A stretch of DNA of 64,000 nt, taken from positions 83,341,222 through 83,405,221 of the forward strand of contig NC_081354.1 in NCBI RefSeq assembly GCF_030684315.1, read 5' to 3'. The notes beneath the pieces were generated by a model, which ran no database searches, was not told the origin of the DNA, and saw only the letters and a list, made by a program, of their open reading frames with translations. Positions 26,893-40,770 of this stretch are shown one piece after another; position 1 is the stretch's first letter; each line of letters opens with the position of its first letter. The position numbers were made by a program, and so were the translations under genes. Source of the DNA: Stegostoma tigrinum. Its lineage: Eukaryota.

Positions 26893-28659
26893 GTAATTAT
26901 GTCAGAAATGAAGAAAATCATTTTGTTGTGTTTTGTTTGTTATTTAGATTGGGAGTGTGAAACACCGAGTTAGCACGTTCACCTTTCACATCTGTAATGC
27001 ATGACTGAAGCCCAGCATAGGATGAAATGATGATAGGAGAAAATTCCCTCTTGTATCAAACCAGTTAAAATCTAAAATGAAATGTGTGTTTGAGCAGTCT
27101 GAAACTATTTCCAATTGAATACAATGGCTCACTGTGCTAAGTTTTCCAATTTAGCACAAGCTGGTACTAAATTGGCAGTCTCACTGAACAATCTTAAACA
27201 AGTTGTTCTTCACAATGTAAAACTAGGGGTGCTTTATCTGGTCAGTATACCTGCATTGGGGATGCTTCATGCTAACACTGACATTCCTCACCAGGTGGAG
27301 CACAATAAAAGATTAAAAACAGTTCAGTTGCATTTTACATCAAAAATGCACTTTCACATAGTTACTACGCCATGAGAATTATGCATGTGTCCAAGGTTTT
27401 TTAACAACTGTTGGTTGAGACTTAAGCAAATGAATAAAAAAGTTGAAGTGGTCACTATTTAAAACAAATCATTTAAAGGTCGTTCCTTTTGAAATTTACC
27501 TTTACTGTGCCTAAAACGGACACGTGCCATCTCTAAATGTCAGTGAAACATATAGCTTGGCAAAACTGCACCATATTTTCTGCATACAAATGAAAATTCA
27601 CTTGCATAAAAAACAAAGTTGGCTTGAAGAGGAAACTGCTTTCTGGATAACAAGTACCTGAAATCCAGTAAAGTTTGTGAAAGTAAGCAACCATATATTG
27701 CAGTTGTTATATTCGACCTCTTGTGAAAATAATATCATTTAGAACATTTTCTTGCACAGATAAGTTCAGTAAAATAGTGGAACTGCAAAAAAATCTTAGA
27801 CACACTGTTCTTGTCTCTACGCTTGAATGGTAATCAGGTGTCATGTGTTCTACAATGATTGAATGCTTCTCTCTGCCAGACGATTACCCACATGGTTAAG
27901 TTGAAAATTTACCTCCATAACTGGTAATACAGACTTCATTAGATTTTCTTTTTAAAATTGTCCAGTAGTGCAGTATCCCCACACAACAATTGGTGTTTTA
28001 AAAATAAGAATCAAGGAACCTAATTTATCAAAGAAATCACATAATTTGGGCAGGGGATTGGATGATAATTGTAAAATTATGCCTCCTGTGGACACAGCTT
28101 AGTGATAAGGCACACAGGCAGTACGATTAAGGTAGATATTTGGATGAGAAACCCAAAGAGTCAAGTAGAATGCTGATTCTACTACAACCCAATATTATTT
28201 GCTGACTTTAATGGATAATAAAATCAGTGGATATTGTAAAACCAAAATTGTATTAATTTCCTAATCCACATACTACCTTAAAATCTTATCCTAGCAGAAT
28301 GTAATGTTTATGTCCTGCCTGATCTGTGGATTTCTGATTCTGATCTACTGGATTTCTAGAGTCTGGGAAATTCTTTGCAGCCGCTCCCATCTTGCTGTCA
28401 GTATTTTGTTGAATGAGTCGCACAAATGTGTTTCACAGTGCTCCTCGTCAACACAGGCCAACAGAGTGCGAACAACATTGAGGAATTTCCCGGCCATAGA
28501 ATATACACTACAGAGGAGCCATTGGCCCTGTGCTACTGACGTGTGCCCATTACTCTATAATCCTCTCATTTCTCATTCTATTTTATTGACTTTGCCTTAT
28601 AACGCCCATATACTGTTACGGGGAACAAGAAAGGGTAAAGTTAAACTGCACAGTACCAT

Positions 28660-30430
28660 AAAAATATAGCTACACAAAAAGGACCTATTCAACCATCTTG
28701 CCAGCACCAGTTAAATAAACTAGTCACCCTTCATTATCTTACTTCCCAGGGCCTGGTCTATAACTGCGTTTGCAGCTGTTCTGGTGCAGGACCAGGTTCC
28801 TTTTAAATGGGTTGATGGTTTCCATTTCAGCCACCAAAATGGACAGTGAACTCCATGCATACACTATCTTCTTGGTGAAAAATATCTCCCATATGTCTCC
28901 TCTGATACTTCAACAAGTTCAAGTGATCTCTCCGCTAGTAGAAACAGGTCTTCCCTGTGCACTGTATGAAGCCCTTCATCATTTCATACACTTCAATTAA
29001 TCATAGCCTCTTCTGTTTTAAGGAAAACATGTGAGCCTACCCAATAGTCCATGATAGCTGTAAATTTCAAGTTCTAGCAACATTCTTGTAAATCTTCTCT
29101 GTACTCAGTCAAAAACAATTTTGTCTTTCCTTGGTGACCAGAACTGTACTCAACACTCTGGCTGTATCCTAACCAATGTCTCATATAATTCCAGTAACAC
29201 ATCTCTGTTTTTGTATTTAGTATCTCACCAAATGAAAGAAAGCATTCATTAGACCTTTTTAACCACTTTTGTCTCCCTGTCCTGCAACCTTCAGGAACAC
29301 TGGAGGCACACTATCCTCAATAGTCTCACATTTACTGTGTATTTCCTTCCTTTTATTGCAGTCCTTTCTAGGGACTTAATTCTCTCTGACACTTTTCTGC
29401 CCATTCAACCAAACCAATGATATCATTCTATAGTCAACAGCATCCACTTCATTACCAAGCTCACAGCCACTTTTTGCTTCTTTCACAAATGTCTCAATCA
29501 TGCCTTCCACATTTATGTCATTAATATAAACCACAAACAGCAAGGAATTCAAAAACTGTATTTGGAACAGTACTGGAAACTGTTTCCCATTCACAAAAAT
29601 GTCCATCAACTTTTACCCTTTGCTCCCTGTCACTGTACCAATTTTGGATCCAACATGCCACACTACCCTTTATCTGATTGGCTTTAATTTTTCTGAACAG
29701 ACTGTCTTATGGGACTTTGTCAAATACCTTATTAAAATCTAGGTGGACAACGTCCTGTGCGTTACCCTAATCAATCCTCCTTGTTACTGCCTGAAAAAAA
29801 GATCTATTAAGAACTTCATTTGACAAAACAATTCTGACTATCCTTAATTAACCTGTGCCTTTCCAAGTAACAATGATTCCTGTCTCTCAGTCTTAATGTT
29901 AGTAATTTGCACACCAGAGTTCAGATCGACCAACCTGTAATTATTTGGCCTATCTCTCTCACCCTTTTTGAGTAACGGTACAACATGATACAACAGAGGT
30001 ACATCCTCTGGTACTTCTCTTGTATCTAGTGGCGATTGGAAAATGATCTTCAGAGCATCTATCATTTCCTCCCTAGCTTCCTTTAACAGCATAGGTTACA
30101 AATCATCTACCCCAATTATGTACCTTCTAGAAGATGAGTCCCTCCAGTATTTTTCTTCACATTACAGTTTATTGTATCTAATAGTTTACACTCTTCTCCT
30201 TGAGCAAGAATGTCTGCACCATCGCTCTCCTTTGTGAAGGCAGAGACAAAATACTCATTAACAGTCCTGGCTACACTTTCTGCACCCATGCCCAAGTTAC
30301 TGATAGGCCCAATCCTTTCCATAGGCGCCTTCTTGCTCTTAATATATTGACATAATTAGATTTACCTTAGTTTTGTAAGCTTTTTTTTTTGCTTTCCTAA
30401 TTTCCTTTTTCACTTCACTGCTGTACTTTC
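28660..30430 (-). mobile_element. Old CR1 LINE fragment
   Basis: NEYFVSAFTKE, VVPLLKKG.RD.P.NYR. Confidence 0.8.
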
Positions 30431-32138
30431 TATTGTTCCATAAAATACATAGCAAAAGATTATAGGGCACAACCTAGGAGACAGCCTGGGAGTGCTACTG
30501 AATCATTTATTGAGATCATAAGCTCAGCGTCTGAACGAAGCAAAAGTGGAGGAAAAGTGCTTAGCCACAGGAATACAGCTTCAATGATTTGGGAAGGTTT
30601 ACAGGGATATAAGCCAAACACACGCAAATAGAACCAGTTCAGTTCAGGAAACCTGGTCTGTCCATGCGAGTTGGACTGATGGGTCTGTTTCCAAACCAAA
30701 TGACTCTATAACTCTTAATCCCACTCGTAACTATAAGATTACATAGGAACAAGTTCTAATTGATCTTGAGTACGCTGTAAACCACTAGTCACGGTACCCT
30801 GCCTGTACAGGTTACAAAGAAGCTGTAGAGGAGATCAACTAAGCTATTAGTGGGAATGTAGCACCTGAGTTAAAAAGCATTTGAGAGTTATCATGAAAAT
30901 AAACACTGAAAATTGTCAGGCATTACAATTACCTCTGGAAGCCACAACATGGGCTAACACTAATAAATGAAACCTTAAAAGAGAGTTTGAATATAATTCT
31001 TTTACACTGTGGAACTGAATGTGAGGAAAAGATTGCCAGGAGGCAGGCAATATCAAGACATTAAAAACGAAATTGGGTAATTTACTTTTGATGAAAAAGG
31101 TATAAACAATATATGTCTTGAAGTTACTGTTAAGACAGGATATTAATAGATGCTAAAACATTTTTAAAATTACCTTCTGTTGTTATTTTAGAGAGGTATT
31201 ATCACATTTAAAATAAATAAGTTAATCACCTAATTAAATCAATGGACAGAAAAATGCAATGAGACACTGACCACAGAAATTTCCAGGCTACACTTTGCTA
31301 TTTTTTAAACTTTGCAACTTGCCAGAAGCACCAAATACATATTTTCACACTCTTGTATACTGCTTTATTTCAAATAAAATATCTGGTTGCCATAAAATTC
31401 AGAGATTAAATGATGTGAAACCATTTCCATACAGCTAAGGAGCTCTGAGTTTATGAAGGAATTCATGATGGCCAAAATAAACCAGCACCCATTCCCAACA
31501 ATTTCCCTACCTGCTGGCTAATACATACACAATTGTTGGTCTTATTTGATGCATCTTCCTTTATATTTTTAAGTCAGTTTTCCCAGGTCAAAAGGTAAAG
31601 CACTGAAGATTTCTCCACAGCTGTCATGATTGCTCATCATCAGGAAGGATGGGGCAAGAAGGTTGATAAATTAATTATCAAACTTTTTATTTCTTTTCCA
31701 TTTACATTCCATCAAGAAACTTGAAAATAGATTGTGGTTGTTGTTTAGAACTTATACAAGAATATTCTTTGGAGTAGAAATCCTGCCCATTTTTTCTCAT
31801 AGCCACCTGTAGCAGTGAACTCTCTAATTTGAAACTGTTTGGTCCTGCCCTATTTAATAACAGCTAACTCAGTGATCCATTGGAAGAACAATGGATAGTT
31901 TCATAAAAATGGAAAATAATTAATAGTTTAAATTTTAACCTTGACATGAAAGGAAATGGAATTGTAAAAGTTTCACTTTTAAAGCCAGAGGCCACTATGC
32001 TCATTTTGAAAATTACTACAATATTACAAGCATGACAGATGCTATTTGCATATCAATATAAATGTTCTTTAAAAAGATGCATGCACAAGTTACTATATTG
32101 TTTGTCTTGCTATAATCTTTTCTAATCTATATTTTCAG

Positions 32139-32318
32139 TTTTTCCACAGTTGGTGAAAACGCTGAATGCATCTGTTCATGTTTTGGTTATATTTTTTATC
32201 TGCTTAGCGATTGCATTTTCTGTGGTCAGTTTTGGGTTTTGTACTTACAATGCAGTGAAAATTCCTTACCAAGCCATAAAAGGACCAATGGGCATCTACC
32301 TCTGGAACTCAATTGCAA
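32139..32318 (+). CDS. CLRN2: Clarin-2 exon 2 (IFPQLVKTLNASVH...PYQAIKGPMGIYLWNSIA)
   Basis: ttttcag| and |gtaagt, 180 nt, phase 1-1. Confidence 0.95.
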
Positions 32319-32942
32319 GTAAGTGCATGGAACTTAAACTCCTTTAAGTTGCTCCCATTCTATTATGTTTTATTGCTAACATGACTAAACCTTATTAATT
32401 ATAAGTATTTCATTTATATTAACATAAAAATAACTCATTTAATCAATATTTGAAATTGAGGATTTGTATAAATATTTGATAATGAGAAAAACCTGCATAA
32501 ATCATCCGTTCATAAATGAAGCAGTTTTAACACTTCAATGCAAAAGAAACTCTTTCAAGATTGAATTTTTCCCTCATTTAGTGTGATAGTTATATCCTTG
32601 ACATGATACTGCATCATTTTGCGGCTGAGATAAGTTGCTGGCATCATCAAAATCTCTGGATATTTTGTACATCTTTACATTGCAATGAAACTACAACAAT
32701 TTTCATTCTGATTGCAGTTATTAATTGAGCAGTTGTTTAAAAACTAAATGTTTAATCATGAAGATCTCCATTTAAAAACTCTTTGTTTTTAATCCAAGAA
32801 AAAAAATGATTCAGTAAATAGTGACTTATAACGTGTGCAAGAATTATTTTAACATTTCCAAATAGTCGCATGCATTGTATTCCCAGATTGGCTGCCATTA
32901 TTAAAGTAATTCTGCCTTATAAAAGTCTGTGGAAGAAGTTCA

Positions 32943-33165
32943 AGATAATAAAATGTGAGGCTGGATGAACACAGCAGGCCAAGCAGCATCTCAGGAGCAC
33001 AAAAGCTGACGTTTCGGGCCCAGACCCCTTTCAGAGATCTCTGATGAGGGGTCTAGGCCCGAAACGTCAGCTTTTGTGCTCCTGAGATGCTGCTTGGCCT
33101 GCTGTGTTCATCCAGCCTCACATTTTATTATCTTGGATTCTCCAGCATCTGCAGTTCCCATTATC
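32943..33165. mobile_element. Palindromic mini-PLE, family A (young)
   Basis: TSD TCTGTGGAAGAAGTTCA at 32926-32942 and 33166-33182; about 97-bp arms centred at 33037/33038. Confidence 0.92.
33041..33070 (+). ncRNA. Minimal hammerhead ribozyme core in CLRN2 intron 2
   Basis: CTGATGAGGGGTCTAGGCCCGAAACGTCAG. Confidence 0.7.
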
Positions 33166-34094
33166 TCTGTGGAAGAAGTTCACCTGTTTCTCAGATATTT
33201 TACTTTTTTTTACAGACTATACACTACATGCTGGTTGATAAATAGAAACCTTGTAGTTCTATAACTCCATTTGGTATTAAGTAGGATATCTGTGGTATCC
33301 TGCATTTGCAGGTTACACAAAGTTGTATGGGTGTGTGTGTAGGTTGAGTTTGACTATTTGTCAGTGTCACTGAGATGCCACATCCAGTGAAATGTTGCTT
33401 TAAATAGATATATTTATATCTAGCTTTAAAACTATTCCAAAACGTCATGATGGTGTACCACCCGACCTTCAGCAGATACATCACTATTCCTTTATTGCTG
33501 CTGGGTGAATATGTGAGGACACCACCCGCACAAGGACTACAGTGATACATTGTCAAGGCCCACTACCACCTTGCTAGGCAACTAGGGGTGAGAAATAAAT
33601 GTGAGCTTGTCAGTATTGCCAGATGCCAAAAATGAAAAAAAAAGATATTTTTCAAGACTTTTAAATATTTTGAGAGTCTGCACATTAGGTCTCAGTAACA
33701 GATGTTACCTCCTTTTGATCTCTCCATATTGTTTTGCTGTATGTCAAAGAGGAGAATTGGAAAGATCATTACAGAGACCCCATGGTGAGTAGGCACGATA
33801 GGCAGTGTCTGGCCCCGCTGGTCAGGAAACATGATTCCCCATCCATGAATCCAATTCCATCTCAACCAAATCTTTTAATTGCATTGAAAGAAGACCACAT
33901 GAGCAAAGATTAGAATTGAAGAACAGTTAAATTGCATTCAAAACATTAACTCTGCCTCTCTCTCTACTGATGCTGCCAAATTTGCTGAGTTTCTCCAGCA
34001 TTTCCCGTTTTTGTTTTAGATCTCCAGCATCTGTAGCAGTTTGCTGTAATTTTCTCTAATTCCATGTTGCATTTATACTGGCTTTCTTTTGCAG

Positions 34095-34360
34095 GTCTAT
34101 GCGGACTGTTTGCAATTGTTTGCTTTATTTCTGCAGTGAAGCTTCATCAGCATACAGAGAGAATTGCCAATTTTCGTGAACATGTTTTTAAATTTATTAT
34201 CCTTTGGGAATACTTTGACACCTCTTTCTGGCTATGTGTGGCAAGTGCTGTTGTGCATGCAGCCAACATGTTAGTAATCAGTATCAGTGGCGTGCATTTC
34301 CCAACATTAAAAACCAAAACAGAGGAAGCAAGCGTCACACCCGAAGACCTAATGTATTAG
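34095..34360 (+). CDS. CLRN2: Clarin-2 exon 3, terminal (SLCGLF...HQHTERIANFRE...VTPEDLMY*)
   Basis: ttttgcag| acceptor, 266 nt to TAG; total 699 nt = 232 aa; TERIANF motif retained. Confidence 0.95.
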
Positions 34361-34912
34361 GAATGAATGTGATAGTTATCCAAAAGCATACTATTGGAGC
34401 CATGAACAAGATTAAACAGTTTCCAGGAGTTATATGTATCTTGTTTATCTTGTGACAAAGAATTTACACTTTACAAAAGAAAAGTGATATTATTCCAATG
34501 TTAAAAACAAGCACTTAGCATATTTTGTTACTGAAGTGTCTTCAACAGGAGTATCTACAACAAATTGCAATTGTATGAGTTTAAAAACTTATTTTCTTTG
34601 TATAAAATTCAGTTAATATTCTAATGATATATTTGCTTGTGCATGTATTTTTTTAACTCTTTCTTTTTGAATGATAGTTTTATGCCCTTGTTGATGTAAA
34701 TGTGATTGAAATATAGAACTTTAAAGGTCAGAAGTGAGACATCTGCTATTTAGAATTCTCAATATATACTTATATTAAGTAAAAGACCAGTACAACTAAA
34801 TGTCAGATTGAAGTCCAAGCTAAATGAAGTCTGTGCCATTATTGTATATGATTTCAACACTACCCACTGTTGGTTCTATTTTCCTCTCTGGGAAGGTTTT
34901 TGCTATGGTCAT

Positions 34913-37900
34913 TTAAATAATAGTACAGAGGTCAGTGTCCTGTCAGTAGGTCACCTTTTACTTACTTAGGCACAGTATACCAGTTGTGGTCAGTCAGCTT
35001 GGAGTCAGTCCCATGAAATGAAGAAATTCCAAATCCCCTGTTTATACTGGTCGGCCGCATCTTCCGGATTGGCCCAGTTTAGCAACCCCAATCAAGGACC
35101 TCATAGTAAATAAGGTCCACCTGGTTCCAATCGTTACATCTATCCCCTGCTAAATCTGGGGATGTTGGCCTGGTCTTCTCTTGAAGCCTGTTCTGTGACC
35201 TTTTTGCTCCAGGTCCGGTTCCTCTGATGTGGACTCTGACATGGGCTGTATGAACTGGACTGTAGCTCGTCTTTTGCATTCAGAGTATCTGGGATGGTTT
35301 GCTCCTCTTCTTCCAGCAGCAATGGTGTCAAGGCTACATCCATCTCAGACTCAGAGGTTTCCTCGACATTTGATGGAGGGGGAGAACTTATGGTTTCTGA
35401 CAGGCCTTCTGGCTGATCTGAGGGGCCAGGTATGTTTCGCTCCTGTCCCATTTGTGAGTTAACAGCTTTCAGGTGATCCACATGTTTGTTCAGGACTGTA
35501 TCATGCCTGAAATTTGTAAGTCACGAGGCCTGACCTTGCATCAACCTTGCCTTGTATTAATACAAAGTCATTTCCATGGTTCAGGCACCAAAAGTCATCC
35601 TCCGAATTAAGTTGTCTTTCTCGCTTAGTGGAGGTGTATCGCTGGCTTTGGCATTCTTGCTGCTGTTTCAGCCTCATTCTCGTCTGGGAATAGCACATTA
35701 ACCTGGTGTGGAATCTTTTCCCCAACATCAGCTCTGCTGGAGCTGTCCCTATTGTACATTGTGGGGTGGTCCCTTAATTGAACAGGAAGCAGGGCAGTTT
35801 GGTATCGAATGACCCTTTGGGTTGCTTCTTTAAGCCTTCCTTCAACATTTGGACTGCTCTTTCCATGGATAGTATGGAGCTGTCTTTATGTGCCAAATAT
35901 CATTCGACTTCAGGAAATACTCAAAATCCCTACCTGTAAATGTCATCCCACTGTCCGTGATCAATACATCTGGGAGTCCGTGTATCATGAACAGTGTTCA
36001 CAGCTTCTCATTGTCATGGTTGAGTGTGCTAAAGGGGTTTACTTGGGCATTCCCACGAATGGGGGGGCTATCACTGGTGGCAATTTTTGCCCTTTTGACA
36101 CTCTTAGCACTGCCCTATCACTGCAGCAACGTTGCATTGCATCTAACCCTGGCCACCTGACATAGTTTCTTGCTGGCATTTTCATCTTGGATACCCCTGG
36201 ATGACCCTGTTGGAGGTCAGCCAGTATCTGGCAGTGACTTTTACTCGAGATGGTCACTGTTGCTAGGATAGGATCTTTTTGTGTCCACAGTTGGACATGG
36301 TCAGCAGGGACTGGAAGGATGTCCGGAATGCTTAAAACCAGAGGAGACTCTTGCGGAGGAGGCACCACCAGTGGAGTGTCTGCCAGTGGGACGCAGCTTA
36401 GGGTGTCTGCATTAGCCACTTGGCTTCCTGGATGGTGTTCTAGCTTGAACTTGTACGCACTGAGAAGAAAGTCTCAATGTTTATTTCTACCAGAAGCCAT
36501 AGGCAGCTTCACCTTGTCGTCTTTTAGTAGCTCCAGCAGGGATTTGTGATCTGTCACTATGACAAATTTCCAACCATAAAGGTACTGGCGGAACTTCCTC
36601 ACACCAAAGATAACCGTTAAATGTTCCTTCTCCATCTGGGAATAGTTGTGTTCTGCGTCCGCCAAAGAGTGGGAAGCACACGCTACCAGGCGTTCATCTC
36701 TGCTGGGCCACCTGTGAGCAGATACTACACCAAAACTGTACGGGGAGGCATCACATGTCAGCTCTTGCATACCACCTCTTGCCTCGGATCATAGTGGGCC
36801 AACACATTAGATGACAATAGCTGCTTTTCACATCCTTGAGGGCTACTTCTTGGCCACATGACCATTTCCAAGCTGACTCTTTTCCAAATGCAGGTGTAAG
36901 GCTGCCCAGATGGTGGCCTGGTTATGTATCAATTTTTTGTAATAATTCACTAACCCAAGGAAAGACCTAAGCTCCAGTACAGACATGGAGCCGGGGCTCC
37001 TTTGATCATCCTCAATTTATTTTCCAACAGGTGTAACCTGGTTTTGTTGACTGTGTAACCCAAGTAGATCACTTGGGTGCCTGGAACACCCATTTTTCCT
37101 TTCTAAGAGATAGACCTGCCTGGGAGATACACTTAAGCACTATGGCCAAGTTCTAAGAGTGCTCTTTATTGGTCTTCCCAGTTATTAGCACGTCATCCAG
37201 GTAAATGGCAACATGGGGTAGCTCTTGTAAGTTTTTCTCTCTGGTCTGCTGGGAAAGAGCTAATGATACTCCAAATGGCAGTCTTGTACATTGGTATAAA
37301 CCCTTACGAGTGTTAATTATGGTGTACTTCTGGGACTCTTCATCCAGTCACAATTAGCTTCATAAAGGACAGCACTCCTAGCCAACTTTGTGTACAAGTC
37401 CTCCAAGAGAGGTATTGAGTATTTATCCAGCTGTGAGAAGCTGTGTACTGTTTGCTTAAAATCCCCACGAAGGTGATTCGAGCTGTCAGGCTTCACAATC
37501 GGTATGACTGGTTCTGCCAATTCTGCAACCTGCACTGGTTTGATGATTTCTTCACTCTCCAGCCTCCCGACTTCCACCTCTACTTTTGACCACAAGGCAA
37601 ATGACATGAGACAGGCCTTGTAAAATTGTGGAATTGCTTCCTGGTCAACATGTAAAGTGGCTTTGGCCCTTTCAATAACCCCAAGCCCTTCTTGAAAAAC
37701 TCCTGATTATTTCACCAGGAATTCACTGAGGCAGCCATTTTCTAATCAAAACATATCGAGCCAATCCAGGTGAATTTTTCTCAACCAAATCTGCCCCAAT
37801 AGGCTTGGTCCCGAGTCTCTCACTACCCTCAGTGGTAACTGCACCAACTGCTTTATGTAGCACACTGGAACTGAAATCGTACCCTTAATTTGCAACGGTT

Positions 37901-39057
37901 ACCCAGCGTATGTTCTCAGTCTGGCTGAGGTCTTGCACAAGTTTAAGTGTTGGAGATCTGAGCGAATCTTGTTAAAGACAAATTCTGCAACCATAGATAC
38001 AGCTGTACCAGTATCGGCCTCGATGGGAACTGGGTGACCATATAACGAAACACTAATTTTAACCAGAGATAGTAGAATCTGCCAATTCTGGAGTCTGAGA
38101 TAACAAGGTGTAAAGCTGGATGAAAACAGCAGGCCAGGCAGCATCAGAGGAGCAGGAAAGCTTATATTTTGGGTCTGGGTCCTTATTCAGAAAGATTTTC
38201 TGAAAAAGGGTCTAGACCCGAAACATCAGCTGGACAGGTGAGCGTGTCCACCTCCATTGGGATGCCCTGTTGTTCCCATGCTCCACTTGGCACATTTTCT
38301 AATGACAAAGCCAGTTTTAGCGCCTGTGTGAAGGCAGCTTCTGCATGGATACACCATTAATCTCACATATCAAATGGGTCGCTCAGCATCTCACTCAGGG
38401 TTAACTCAAAATCACACGCCTCTGCCAGTCATCTTAGCCTTGTCAAAAATCCCAGTCTGGATTCCCTCAGTTCTCTAACGGCTGAATAAAACTGACAGCG
38501 TCTCAGGATTAGAGGAAGTTTGGGTTTGTAATGTTCCTTAAACAACTCCGTCAACTCTTGGAAAGTTTAGTGGCTGGTGCCTTTGGGAAAATTAAGCCCC
38601 TTATAACTGAGAATGCTGTGATTCTGCAAGCAGCCAGAAGGATTACCGATAGCTTTTCATCTGCCCCAATGTCACTTACCTGGGGAAAAAAAAATCACAC
38701 GTTTTCCACATACTGGGCCCAGTCTTTGACAGCGTGATCAAATGAGTCAAACTACCCAAATAAAGGCATGATGCCAGAGATGCTTACCCAGCTCCAAGAT
38801 GACTGTTGCGCATGAATGATCTTCAGGCTTGTACCGTTTTCTGCTGTTACCACTAAAGTAACAGAGGCCGGTATCCTGTCACCAAGTCACCCTTTATTTA
38901 CTTGGGCACAGTACACTGGCTATGGTCAGCCAGTTCAGAGCCAATCCCCTGAACTGAGAAGATTCTAAATCACTGTTTACATTGATGAGTCAGGATTTCC
39001 TGATTGGCCCTGTTTAACAAAGATCTTAAAATGAACCATTTTATTCCAATCACTACA
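34913..39057 (-). mobile_element. Near full-length degenerate Gypsy/Ty3 element with two LTRs
   Basis: LTRs about 38855-39057 and 34913-35137; PBS TGGTAAC; polypurine tract; gag, protease (DTGTAVS), RT (YLDDVL), RNase H (TCDAS..G, TDHK), integrase (HPGVSKMK); flanks GTCAT/GTCTT; many stops and frameshifts. Confidence 0.9.
38066..38230. mobile_element. Mini-PLE palindrome nested in Gypsy element
   Basis: Family A arm plus inverted core TCTGAAAAAGGGTCTAGACCCGAAACATCAG. Confidence 0.75.
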
Positions 39058-39068
39058 GTCTTGTTTGG

Positions 39069-39657
39069 TGTTGGGGCAACCTGTACCTGGCCATGTAGGA
39101 TGACTTGTACCTGAACACACTAAGTGGCCCACGCCTGCTTACAAGTTGGCAGACAGAAGCTAAGCAAAAATAAGGAGCTTGCTCGCATAGTGAAATACAA
39201 TGGGTAACAGAATTCGAGCGGTCCTTACAGATGAAAAGTTCTGAGAAAGGCCTAAAGGAGCATATTCATTAAACTTTTGGAATGTGAATGAATTGGATGC
39301 ATAGGAAGATCCCAAGACCTAGCGATTACAACATCTAGCTAATACCATAAGATCATGGGAACCTGGCGCTGTACAAGAATGTGCCTGAGTATTGGGTGTT
39401 TGAATTAAGGGGAATGATGATACCTATGTTGCATTTGATTACTGTAACACAAAATGTATTAAAATTCTATATTTCTTTGTAAAAGTTGAGGGTGTGCCAT
39501 TGATCTATCTTCTGAAGCCAGATTCGGGGAAGATCCCTTGGCCTTCTCCCCGCATAATCCAGTTTCTGCTTGAAAAAACATCTTCCACTTGCCTGCCTCC
39601 TGAATCTTCGTCCCGGGTCAAGAAAAACGCTCCTATATTCGGTCATCTACTTACACA
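39069..39657 (+). repeat. Possible solo LTR adjacent to the Gypsy element
   Basis: TG...CA-bounded block with TATA-like element and LTR-like composition; no clear TSD. Confidence 0.3.
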
Positions 39658-39769
39658 TCAAGCATATCCAGAAATACTTTTCTGTGATGGCAGTTCTACA
39701 ACGACCATGATCATCTCCATATGCTGGCTACAACAGAAGTGAGGAAGACAGGATGTGCATCTTTGCCTT

Positions 39770-40770
39770 AGAACAAAGAAAATTACAGCACAGGAACAGG
39801 CCCTTCGGCCCTCCAAGCCTGCACTGATCCAGATCTTCTATTAAACCTGTTGCCTATCTTCCAAGGATCCATATCCCTCTGCTCCCTGCCCATTCATGTA
39901 TCTGTCTAGATACATTTAAAATGTCGTTATCGTGCCCGCCTCTACCACCTCCACTGGCAACGCATTCCAGGCACCCATCACCCTCTGCGTAAAGAATTTT
40001 CCACGCATATCTCCCTTAAACTTTTCCCCTCTCACCTTGAAATCGTGACCCCTAGGAATTGAGTCCCCCGCTCTGGGAAAAAGTTTCTTGCAATCCACCC
40101 TGTCTGTACCTTTCATGATTTTGTAGACTTCAATCAGGTTCCCCCCTCAACCTCCATCCTTCTGATGTAAATAATCCTAATTTACTCAACCTCTCTTCAT
40201 AGCTAGCGCCCTCCATACCAGGCAACCTTCTGGTGAATCTCCTCTGCAACCTCTCCAAAGCATCCACATCCTTTTGGTAATGTGGCAACCAGAACTGTAT
40301 ACAGTGTTCCAAATGTGGTCGAACCAAAGTCCTATACAACTGTAACATGATTTGCCAACTCTTGTACTCAATACTCCATCTGATGAATGAAAGCATGCCA
40401 TATACCTTCTTGACCACTCTATCGACCGGGGTTGCCACCTTCAGGTATAATGGATCTGAACATCCAGATCTCTCTGTGCATTAATTTTCCCCAGGGCCTT
40501 TCCATTTACTGAGATAACAAAGTGTGAAGCTGGACGAACACAGCAGGCCAAGCAGCATCTTAGGAGCACAAAAACTGATGTTTCGGGCCTTGACCCTTCT
40601 TAAATTGGATCTTCCAAAATGCATGACCTTGCATTTGCCTGGATTGAACTCCATCTGCCATTTCTCCACTCAACTCTCCAATCTATGTATATTCTGCTAC
40701 ATTCTCCAACAGTCCCCTTCACTATCTGCTACCCCACCAATCTTAGTGTCACCTGCAAATTTGCTAATTA
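39770..40770 (-). mobile_element. CR1 LINE 3' fragment
   Basis: SKFAGDTKIGG, WQMEFN..KC.VMHFG, RPHLE.C.QFW. Confidence 0.9.
40511..40599 (-). mobile_element. PLE pseudo-LTR fragment nested in CR1
   Basis: Family A arm sequence. Confidence 0.75.
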
